The position numbers and the translations under genes are program-made. A DNA stretch of 34,098 nucleotides from a virus. The notes under the pieces are model-generated. The model was not told where the DNA came from. It made no database searches and worked only from the letters and a program-made list of their open reading frames with translations. The DNA lies in the IMG/VR virus record IMGVR_UViG_3300009965_000029, one strand, 5' to 3'. This document shows, one piece after another, positions 7,929 to 14,147 of this stretch. Position 1 is the stretch's first letter. Each line of letters begins with the position of its first letter.

Positions 7929-8631
7929 TTGCTATCTCCTCTATTGTCATTTGATTAGGGTCTATTCCCTCCATTACCTTAGCTACTCTGAGTAGCTTAA
8001 ACGCTCTCGACCTTAGCTGGTTTACTGTCGCCCTTACATCCTCTTTGCTTCCCATCCAATAGCCTTTGCCGTGTGTTAAGGAACATATCGGATAGCCTTG
8101 TTCTCGCAGGCTTCTTATAGCAAGCCTTATAGTTCTTTCGTTTTCTCCTATCATTCCTACTAGGTAGCCTTTTGATTTAGGCTTACTGCCTAGAATTGAC
8201 AGTAGGCGCTCCTCTATGATAAGATTCTTTTGTGTTTGGGCACTCTTCGGAGTGTCTTTTTTACTGTTCCTATTGCCACTGTTCCAATTGCCACTGTTCC
8301 TATTGCCACTGTTCCTATTGCCACTGTTCCTATTGCCACTGTTACAAAGTGTCAACACTTCTTCCCAAGCCAGCTCACGAACAATCTTGATTTTGTTAGT
8401 GCAGTGCTTTGTATCATCGTCATCCTTGTCAATCTCCCCAAGTGCTTCAATCTCAGCAACCTTGTTGTCAGTATTAAAGCTGTAATAATTAAAGCAATCG
8501 GCTAAGTTAGTGCAAAAATGAAACCCTCTACCACAACACTGAGGTGATTCTTCCATTTCGTATGTTTTGCCGACTTCATATTTAAAATCTCTGCAAGTCC
8601 AATCTCCATTAAAAACTTTATAACCTTTCAT
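7921..8631 (-). CDS. Chimeric protein: Cys-rich N-domain, (NSGNR)5 pentapeptide-like repeat and C-terminal winged-helix (HTH_11/BirA-N-like) domain
   Basis: The N-terminus (GYKVFNGDWTCRDFKYEVGKTYE..CGRGFHFC) is of the type that precedes SGN-type pentapeptide repeats in phage proteins. The C-terminus (GYLVGMIGENERTIRLAIRSLREQGYPICS..GKGYW) looks like a winged helix. Confidence 0.65.
   Translation of the reverse strand: MKGYKVFNGDWTCRDFKYEVGKTYEMEESPQCCGRGFHFCTNLADCFNYYSFNTDNKVAEIEALGEIDKDDDDTKHCTNKIKIVRELAWEEVLTLCNSGNRNSGNRNSGNRNSGNWNSGNRNSKKDTPKSAQTQKNLIIEERLLSILGSKPKSKGYLVGMIGENERTIRLAIRSLREQGYPICSLTHGKGYWMGSKEDVRATVNQLRSRAFKLLRVAKVMEGIDPNQMTIEEIANV
8263..8343. repeat. 15-bp tandem repeat ACTGTTCCTATTGCC, 5.4 copies (one copy has a 1-nt variant)
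   Basis: Read directly from the sequence. It is in frame and encodes the NSGNR repeats of the 7921-8631 gene. Confidence 0.95.
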
Positions 8632-9116
8632 TTTCTCAATATCCTTTCTGCGTATGCTTTTCCGTCTTCGGTATTTCCTGAGTTGTAAACTGATAGTGCG
8701 TCCTCGTAGTTACCATACTTGTCATATAGGTCTGACAGAATGCTACATCCTAGAATTACATTTTCTTGTGGGTTAAATAGGCTTACGATTCCTAGTTCTT
8801 CCATTCGCTTTTGGTGGTGCTTTGGTTGTATCTGCATTAAGCCTATTGATTCGCCATTATCACCTACTGCGTTAGGATTGCCTCCTGATTCCTCTTTGAT
8901 GATTGCTTTGACGATGTTAGGGTCTACTCCACATCTTGTCGCTATATCGTCAATCATTTCATTTGAGATTCCCTTTACATCAATCTGTATATTGCTAACG
9001 ACTTTGTATTCCGTCTGCTGATACACTTGAGGGTTGTCAATCGCAGTTGCTATGCCGTTAAGCGTAAGCACTGCAGATATAAATAGTGTCGGTGGTATGA
9101 TTGATTTAATCTTCAT
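8628..9116 (-). CDS. Exported lytic transglycosylase (SLT domain) with a signal peptide
   Basis: MKIKSIIPPTLFISAVLTLNGIATA signal-like N-terminus. IIKEESGGNPNAVGDNGESIGLMQIQ is the SLT catalytic motif. The ATG at 9116 is preceded by GGGGGAAG and overlaps the upstream stop as ATGA. Confidence 0.8.
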   Translation of the reverse strand: MKIKSIIPPTLFISAVLTLNGIATAIDNPQVYQQTEYKVVSNIQIDVKGISNEMIDDIATRCGVDPNIVKAIIKEESGGNPNAVGDNGESIGLMQIQPKHHQKRMEELGIVSLFNPQENVILGCSILSDLYDKYGNYEDALSVYNSGNTEDGKAYAERILRK

Positions 9117-9319
9117 TTTGCTTCCCCCTTGCAACAATTTATGTAGTATTCAGCTACATCGGAAATAAGATACCTTTTACATCCGTGTGGCAAGTGTCTT
9201 AGCTTTCTGCTTAAAGTCTGTACTGACGCTCCCCACCATTGAGATATCTCTGTTATCGTGACTAGCCCATCGCCTTTAGCCACCTTTTGGATATCTCTTA
9301 TTACATCCTGTTTTGTCAT
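9113..9319 (-). CDS. Small HTH DNA-binding protein (excisionase or regulator candidate)
   Basis: 68 aa. VTITEISQWWGASVQTLSRKLRHL looks like a helix-turn-helix. It is the second gene of the early operon. Confidence 0.45.
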   Translation of the reverse strand: MTKQDVIRDIQKVAKGDGLVTITEISQWWGASVQTLSRKLRHLPHGCKRYLISDVAEYYINCCKGEAK

Positions 9320-9332
9320 TGTATTTCCTTTC

Positions 9333-9347
9333 TACGGTTAAACCGTA
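9333..9347. promoter_or_regulatory. Operator O-left: perfect 7-1-7 palindrome TACGGTTaAACCGTA
   Basis: Part of an 18-nt sequence (9332-9349) identical to 9596-9613. It lies between the cro stop and the RBS of the next gene. Confidence 0.7.
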
Positions 9348-9350
9348 ATT

Positions 9351-9545
9351 CTAAACTAAAAAAATAAGGTCGTTGTAGCTTACTTTATAGACTTCTTCAA
9401 TCTTCTTTATGATTGGAACATCAGGAAAGCTTTTCCCCCTCTCATAGTTAGACAGTGTGTCGTGACTAATCCCTATAAGCCTTGCAGCCTCTTCCTGAGT
9501 ATATCCCCTCATAACCCTTATCGCCTTTAAAGTATAGGTTCCCAT
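9351..9545 (-). CDS. Cro-like XRE-family repressor of the lytic/lysogenic switch
   Basis: LKAIRVMRGYTQEEAARLIGISHDTLSNYERGKSFP is an HTH. The ATG at 9545 is preceded by AAAGGGGGTG. It is divergent from the S24 repressor gene. Confidence 0.8.
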   Translation of the reverse strand: MGTYTLKAIRVMRGYTQEEAARLIGISHDTLSNYERGKSFPDVPIIKKIEEVYKVSYNDLIFLV

Positions 9546-9589
9546 TTTGTCACCCCCTTTCAAGCATCCATCTTTATTGCTATGGCTTT

Positions 9590-9618
9590 ATTCTACTACG
9601 GTTAAACCGTAATGTCAA
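9590..9618 (-). promoter_or_regulatory. Leftward early (cro) promoter: TTGACA-17 nt-TAGAAT
   Basis: The minus strand reads cgTTGACAttacggtttaaccgtagTAGAATaaag, about 45 nt upstream of the cro ATG. Confidence 0.8.
9597..9611. promoter_or_regulatory. Operator O-right: perfect 7-1-7 palindrome TACGGTTaAACCGTA inside the early promoter spacer
   Basis: It occupies the 17-nt spacer between the -35 and -10 of the leftward promoter. Confidence 0.75.
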
Positions 9619-9648
9619 CGGTTTTTTCGTAAAAATTTAAAAAAATAC

Positions 9649-9677
9649 TTGCACAATTTACGGATATAGCATATACT
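9649..9677 (+). promoter_or_regulatory. Rightward repressor promoter: TTGCAC-17 nt-TATACT
   Basis: The plus strand reads TTGCACaatttacggatatagcaTATACT, about 25 nt upstream of the repressor ATG. The spacer contains a TTACGG half-site. Confidence 0.7.
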
Positions 9678-9701
9678 CTGCGTAAATATGGGAGGTATAA
9701 T

Positions 9702-10337
9702 ATGTCTACGCAATTAGGAAACAAAAGTATAATGGCTAGAAATATTCAATACTATATGGACTTAACAGGGAAAACAAGAAACGATATGTGCGAAGCTTTG
9801 GGGGTGAAATATACCACATTTACAGATTGGGTCAAAGGTAAAACATATCCACGAATAGATAGCATAGAGAAGATGGCAAATTATTTCGGTGTAGAAAAGT
9901 CTGATTTGATAGAACCACGCACAGGGTTAAAAGAAGTCAAAGCCGTGAAAATACCTGTTCTTGGGATGGTTCACGCAGGGTATCCTATGGAAGCAATCGA
10001 AGAAATTTTAGATTGGGAAGAAGTAACCCCTGAAATGGCATCTAAGGGCGACCTTATGGCTCTTAGGGTTCAAGGTGACTGTATGGAGCCGAAATTCAGT
10101 GACGGAGATACAGTTATCGTGCGTTGTCAAAGTACTGCAGAGAGTGGCGACATAGTAATCGCTATGGTGAATCACGACGAAGCAGAAATGAAAAAACTTA
10201 AAAGGTTCGATAATGGCTTTATCAATTTAATACCTCTAAATCCGTCATACTCGGCAAGGTCATTCTCCCCTCAAGAAATAGAAGAATTACCTATAAGGAT
10301 ATTGGGTAAGGTAGTAGAATTGAGAGCGAAGTTCTAA
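9702..10337 (+). CDS. CI/LexA-like phage repressor (XRE HTH plus S24 peptidase domain)
   Basis: N-terminal HTH and an Ala-Gly site in VLGMVHAGYP. The S24 block (LRVQGDCMEPKFSDGDTVIVRCQSTAESGDIVIAMV..EAEMKKLKRF) aligns with LexA GDSM..DGD..V..GDIVVA..KR. RBS GGGAGG. Confidence 0.9.
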   Translation: MSTQLGNKSIMARNIQYYMDLTGKTRNDMCEALGVKYTTFTDWVKGKTYPRIDSIEKMANYFGVEKSDLIEPRTGLKEVKAVKIPVLGMVHAGYPMEAIEEILDWEEVTPEMASKGDLMALRVQGDCMEPKFSDGDTVIVRCQSTAESGDIVIAMVNHDEAEMKKLKRFDNGFINLIPLNPSYSARSFSPQEIEELPIRILGKVVELRAKF

Positions 10338-10346
10338 GGAGATATT

Positions 10347-10745
10347 ATGGATAACGACAAGTTCGCTGCTAGACAAAGAATAACAAAATATATCTTTACT
10401 ATAATATTCGTTGTTCTAGTTATAGCTTCTGTAATAGCCGTAAAAGAGATTATAGATGATAAATATATAGAATCAAGAGCACCTGCCACTTGGACAGGCA
10501 AAACATACGATGTTGAATCAGACGGCGAATACTATTCGATGTATGAGGTAGTTCCACCACAATATTTTGAGTTAGTAGCGTATAATAAGAAAACGGAAAT
10601 GCTTGCGATAAAGACATATGACGAAACAGAGGAGCATATATACTATGATGTTCCTGAAAGTGTGTTTGAGAGGTTTATAAATCATAAATCGCCACTAGAA
10701 TTTTATAATAAATATCTAAAGAACACTTTTGAAAGTGATTATTAA
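10347..10745 (+). CDS. Membrane-anchored protein with a C-terminal KTSC-like domain (lysogeny-expressed moron)
   Basis: N-terminal TM helix (YIFTIIFVVLVIASVIAV). The C-terminus (LAIKTYDETEEHIYYDVPESVFERFINHKSPLEFYNKYLKN) resembles the KTSC domain pattern Y.Y..VP..v...f....S.G..fn..i. Confidence 0.55.
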   Translation: MDNDKFAARQRITKYIFTIIFVVLVIASVIAVKEIIDDKYIESRAPATWTGKTYDVESDGEYYSMYEVVPPQYFELVAYNKKTEMLAIKTYDETEEHIYYDVPESVFERFINHKSPLEFYNKYLKNTFESDY

Positions 10746-10797
10746 AACAAAAGAACCCTCTGCATAAAACAAATAAAAAGGGTGCAGAGGGCTCTGA

Positions 10798-10852
10798 GGT
10801 TGCAATGACGCAACGGATGTATCAGCCTTATTGTATCATTGCGACCCCTTTT
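10798..10852 (+). terminator. Terminator/attenuator-like hairpin upstream of int
   Basis: GGTTGCAATGA (10798-10808) pairs with TCATTGCGACC (10836-10846), giving 11 bp including one G-U, followed by CCTTTT. Confidence 0.5.
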
Positions 10853-10891
10853 AGTCAAAGGGGAATTTTATTTCCCCAAAAGGGAGTTAAA

Positions 10892-11926
10892 ATGGCAAGG
10901 AAAGAATATATTCAGAAAGCCTTTACCTTTAATGGTAAGAGGTATTATGCTTACGGCAAAACGGAAGCTGAAGCTATAAGAAATAGAGAATTAAAGAGAA
11001 TAGCACTAGAGCAAGGAAAAGTCATTACAGAAGCTACTATGACGCTTGCTGAGTGGTCTGCTCAGTGCATAGAAACCTATAAGGTGAACTGTTCCGAAAA
11101 AACAAAGAAAGATTTTACCTATACTGTAAACGGAAATATCTTGCCTTTAATTGGATCATATCAGTTAAAAGCGATTAATGAAATAATGTGTCAACAAGTG
11201 ATGAATAGTCAAAAGGGAAAATCTGCGTCGCAAATATCAAAGGTGTATCAAGCGATGAGATTTTTGTTTGATAAGGCAAAGGCTCTAGATTTAATTAATA
11301 AGAACCCTGCCTTACATTTAGAAAAGCCCTTAGGACAATCATTAAAACGCAGAGCATTAACTCAAGATGAGCAAGAATTAATCACAAGGGTTGCTCTGAC
11401 AAAACGCAAATACTACGGCTATTTACTAATGTTGTATTGTGGTTGCCGTCCGTCCGAAGCCTTTAATGTCACTGCAGAGGATATATCCGTGCTAGATGGT
11501 GTGCCATTGCTCCATATAAGAGGAACAAAGACGCTTAATGCTAATCGTACAGTTCCTTTACCAAAATGGCTCTATGATGAATTTAAAGGCTTACAAGGGT
11601 ATATCTGCCTTACAGAAATGGGAACAAAGATAAATAATAACCGTAGTAAAAATGCTTGGTATAAATTTAGAAATGAGTTAAATCTCGCTCTAGGTTGCAA
11701 AACATATCGCAACAAACTTGTTCCACCATACCCATTAGCAAGCGACATAGTACAATACTGTCTTAGACATACATATTGCACTAACCTAGCGAAAAAAGGA
11801 GTAGACATCAGAACGGCTCAAAAACTGATGGGTCATTCAGATATTTCTCTGACGGCTAATATCTATACACATACAGACAATGACGATATACTAAACGCAG
11901 CTAAACTTATAAACAGTAGTACATAG
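10892..11926 (+). CDS. int: Tyrosine recombinase / phage integrase
   Basis: Catalytic-type motifs are CGCRPSEA, HIRGTKT, LRHTYCT and MGHSDISLTANIYTH. The ATG at 10892 is preceded by AAGGGAG. The upstream 29 codons of the track ORF overlap a hairpin and lack an RBS. Confidence 0.9.
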   Translation: MARKEYIQKAFTFNGKRYYAYGKTEAEAIRNRELKRIALEQGKVITEATMTLAEWSAQCIETYKVNCSEKTKKDFTYTVNGNILPLIGSYQLKAINEIMCQQVMNSQKGKSASQISKVYQAMRFLFDKAKALDLINKNPALHLEKPLGQSLKRRALTQDEQELITRVALTKRKYYGYLLMLYCGCRPSEAFNVTAEDISVLDGVPLLHIRGTKTLNANRTVPLPKWLYDEFKGLQGYICLTEMGTKINNNRSKNAWYKFRNELNLALGCKTYRNKLVPPYPLASDIVQYCLRHTYCTNLAKKGVDIRTAQKLMGHSDISLTANIYTHTDNDDILNAAKLINSST

Positions 11927-11938
11927 TGTGGTACATAT
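11917..11938 (+). repeat. Candidate integrase arm-type sites, left arm: GTAGTACATA and GTGGTACATA, 12-bp period
   Basis: Read directly from the sequence. They resemble the right-arm GAGGTACAAA pair and have the same orientation. Confidence 0.45.
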
Positions 11939-11970
11939 AGATATATCGTTGGAATATCAACAAACAACTA

Positions 11971-12019
11971 CTGACTCTTAATCAGGGTGTCCAGGGTTCG
12001 AACCCCTGATGACGCACCA
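11971..12019 (+). other. attP core: 3-prime half of a tRNA-Lys(CTT), from anticodon arm through CCA
   Basis: Anticodon loop CTCTTAA with stem CTGA/TCAG, variable loop GTGTC, T-arm CAGGG-TTCGAAC-CCCTG, acceptor strand ATGACGC, then A and CCA. There is no matching 5-prime acceptor strand or D-arm upstream. It lies 45 nt after int. Confidence 0.75.
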
Positions 12020-12028
12020 TAAGACAGA

Positions 12029-12070
12029 AACCTTGAAAACACTGTGTTTCACAGTCATTCAAGGTTTTTT
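12029..12070 (+). terminator. Rho-independent terminator after the tRNA fragment
   Basis: AACCTTGAA..TTCAAGGTT outer stem, CTGTG/CACAG inner stem, then TTTTTT. Confidence 0.75.
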
Positions 12071-12137
12071 CTTTGCCTAAAATCGGAACTTATCTACGCT
12101 GATTTTATGTCAAAACTGAACCTTTCTGAATCTTTTG

Positions 12138-12161
12138 GTGAGGTACAAAGTGAGGTACAAA
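12138..12161 (+). repeat. Candidate integrase arm-type sites, right arm: GTGAGGTACAAA x2 in tandem
   Basis: Perfect 12-bp direct repeat read from the sequence. Confidence 0.5.
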
Positions 12162-12172
12162 AAATAAAAAAA

Positions 12173-12193
12173 AGAGGGGGATAATCCCCCTCT
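12173..12193 (-). terminator. Late-operon terminator
   Basis: AGAGGGGGA-taa-TCCCCCTCT hairpin lies 2 nt after the endolysin stop. On the minus strand it is followed by a T-rich run (TTTTTTTTATTTTTT). Confidence 0.85.
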
Positions 12194-12195
12194 AA

Positions 12196-13479
12196 TTAGT
12201 TAAATATATCAGCCAATATATCATCGGATATATCGCCTAGCACAAAAGCCTTTTTGATTCCGTGCTTATTGATGTATGCCTTAGCTGATTCATTGGTATA
12301 CTTATTGACTAGCAGTACAGGATAGTCACCTAGATTGCTTGCCACTAGTCCATCAGCCCACGCATTTACAAGTATCACAGTATCTGCGTGAGGATAAAAT
12401 AGGTCAGCAATCTTTGTTGATGTCTCGTACCTATCTAGTCCGTCAAGCCTTGTTACCTTGCTGATGTCTGCAAGCTGTCGCTCAATATCCTTTGACACTA
12501 CACTTTCGCCACCTAGAATGATGTACTCAAGGTCAGACTGTCTATCTAAGAATGACGCTTGCTTGATTGTGAGATAATCGCCCACCATCATTACAGGGTG
12601 ACGCACTGTTGATACAGATACACCATCAGCCCAATCCTTGCCACTTGTGATGATTAGCTTTTTAGCACCTTTGATGCACTCTTTGAGCACCTCAAGATTA
12701 GTTGCGTATCTATCAGCACCACTCAGCACCTTTACTCCAGCACCATTAATCTTTACATCGCCACCGACAACGGTTGTCTCAAGTCCATTAGTACCCTTGC
12801 ACTCATCATATACTAGATTAGCCTTTTTAGTGTATGCAAGATAACCAGCACTCAAGCCATCTGCAAAGCCTTTGCCACTAACGACAACCTTATTAGGTTT
12901 TAGATGTGATTCAGCGATTAGGTCTGCTGTCTTGTATCTATCCTCGCCATTATACCTAGTGATAGTCACATCTGATGGTATTGTCTTTTTCTCAGGTACA
13001 GGCTGAGCACCACCACCATTATAGTAATACTCTGCTCTGCGATAGAGCTCGTCTAGTCGGTCATACCATACTCCCGGACACTGTGTCGGCTTGATGTCTC
13101 TATGCCCTCTAAGTGGTAATTTTCGACCGTAGAATCTCCATATATCAGCGATAAGTTCTGCTACTGTCTCAAAATCAGCTGGTCTACACTCAGGTCTACA
13201 CTCGATACCGATTGAGCGTGCATTCTCCTCCATCACTCCAGTGTGCCAAGCGACATTAGGATAACTAACGATACAAGCTACTCTACCAGCTTCTGCGACT
13301 AGGTGAGCCGATGAGCCACTCTTAGGATTACATAGCCAATTAACGACGCCCATAAAGGACAGTCCGTAGGCTCCCCACCAATGAATGCAGATGTATTCAG
13401 GGTGGTTCTGATTCGTTTCACCAACATAGTATTTGCCGTAGTTTGGACTATCGTATGATTCTATTAGTTGATATGCCAT
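12196..13479 (-). CDS. Endolysin: N-acetylmuramoyl-L-alanine amidase (Amidase_2/PGRP type) plus three CW_binding_2 repeats
   Basis: ICIHWWG..SAHLV..NARSIGIECR..GHRDIKPTQCPG is the amidase core. The three repeats are marked by GEDRYKTADLIAE, GADRYATNLEVL and GLDRYETSTKIAD. Confidence 0.9.
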   Translation of the reverse strand: MAYQLIESYDSPNYGKYYVGETNQNHPEYICIHWWGAYGLSFMGVVNWLCNPKSGSSAHLVAEAGRVACIVSYPNVAWHTGVMEENARSIGIECRPECRPADFETVAELIADIWRFYGRKLPLRGHRDIKPTQCPGVWYDRLDELYRRAEYYYNGGGAQPVPEKKTIPSDVTITRYNGEDRYKTADLIAESHLKPNKVVVSGKGFADGLSAGYLAYTKKANLVYDECKGTNGLETTVVGGDVKINGAGVKVLSGADRYATNLEVLKECIKGAKKLIITSGKDWADGVSVSTVRHPVMMVGDYLTIKQASFLDRQSDLEYIILGGESVVSKDIERQLADISKVTRLDGLDRYETSTKIADLFYPHADTVILVNAWADGLVASNLGDYPVLLVNKYTNESAKAYINKHGIKKAFVLGDISDDILADIFN

Positions 13480-13482
13480 AGT

Positions 13483-13761
13483 CTAGTCCTCGACTTTCTT
13501 CTCTGTATCGTCTAATTTTAAAATTTGTTTAAAAATCTGATGTAATCCTGTGCTTGCAAGTCCACTAATCATACCACTTGCAATGGCAACAAGTGTTATC
13601 GCTTGAGCATTGATACAGCCTAGCACTGCTCCTAGCACTGTAACTGTGAGCGGAATGTACTTGTTGTCTGTTGGTAGGAACTTCTTCATTAGATAGCCTA
13701 CTACTAAGCAAACTGCGATAACTAATGGAATGTAAAGATTTGTTAAAAATTCAAGATTCAT
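13483..13761 (-). CDS. Holin (three hydrophobic segments)
   Basis: MNLEFLTNLYIPLVIAVCLVVGYL.. followed by two more hydrophobic helices. The ATG at 13761 is preceded by AAGGAGG. It lies immediately upstream of the endolysin. Confidence 0.7.
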   Translation of the reverse strand: MNLEFLTNLYIPLVIAVCLVVGYLMKKFLPTDNKYIPLTVTVLGAVLGCINAQAITLVAIASGMISGLASTGLHQIFKQILKLDDTEKKVED

Positions 13762-13808
13762 AATGTACCTCCTTGAATAAAATAAAAAAGGTGGAGTTAT
13801 TTCCACCT

Positions 13809-14138
13809 TTACTTAACTAAAATGTTTTGAATAACTAGTGTCATTCCTGAGCCTATTAACACGGATATGATAGCTTGGACAACTGCATTCCATCTCATCT
13901 TTGGTACTTGCTCAAGTGCGTTTATTCTTTCGCCTTGCTCGTTGAGTTCCTCGTGGTGCATATCCATTTTTTGTATCATAAGCTCTATGTTCGTGTTGAT
14001 TTTCTGTATTTCCCTTGTCATGTCCTCAACAATCGTCAATCGCGTATTCATTCTTTTGATTTCGTCATCGTGGCATTGTATCTTGATGTCAATGGTATTC
14101 TTGCGTTCTAGCCACTCTTCCCTTGTCAGTTCTCCCAT
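13809..14138 (-). CDS. XhlA-like lysis-associated protein (coiled coil plus C-terminal TM)
   Basis: Same architecture and position as PBSX xhlA-holin-amidase cassettes. The C-terminal TM is WNAVVQAIISVLIGSGMTLVIQ. Confidence 0.5.
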   Translation of the reverse strand: MGELTREEWLERKNTIDIKIQCHDDEIKRMNTRLTIVEDMTREIQKINTNIELMIQKMDMHHEELNEQGERINALEQVPKMRWNAVVQAIISVLIGSGMTLVIQNILVK

Positions 14139-14147
14139 ATGCTCCTC

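Noticed and set aside
10805-10891. N-terminal 29-codon extension of the integrase ORF
   Set aside because: No RBS precedes 10805, and the extension overlaps the 10798-10846 hairpin. The ATG at 10892 has an AAGGGAG RBS, and MARKEYIQK is a typical integrase start.
11971-12019. Possible functional tRNA-Lys gene
   Set aside because: Only the anticodon arm, variable loop, T-arm and 3-prime acceptor strand are present. The upstream sequence has no complementary acceptor strand (GCGTCAT) or D-arm, and base 11970 breaks the anticodon stem. I interpret it as the attP core rather than a tRNA gene.
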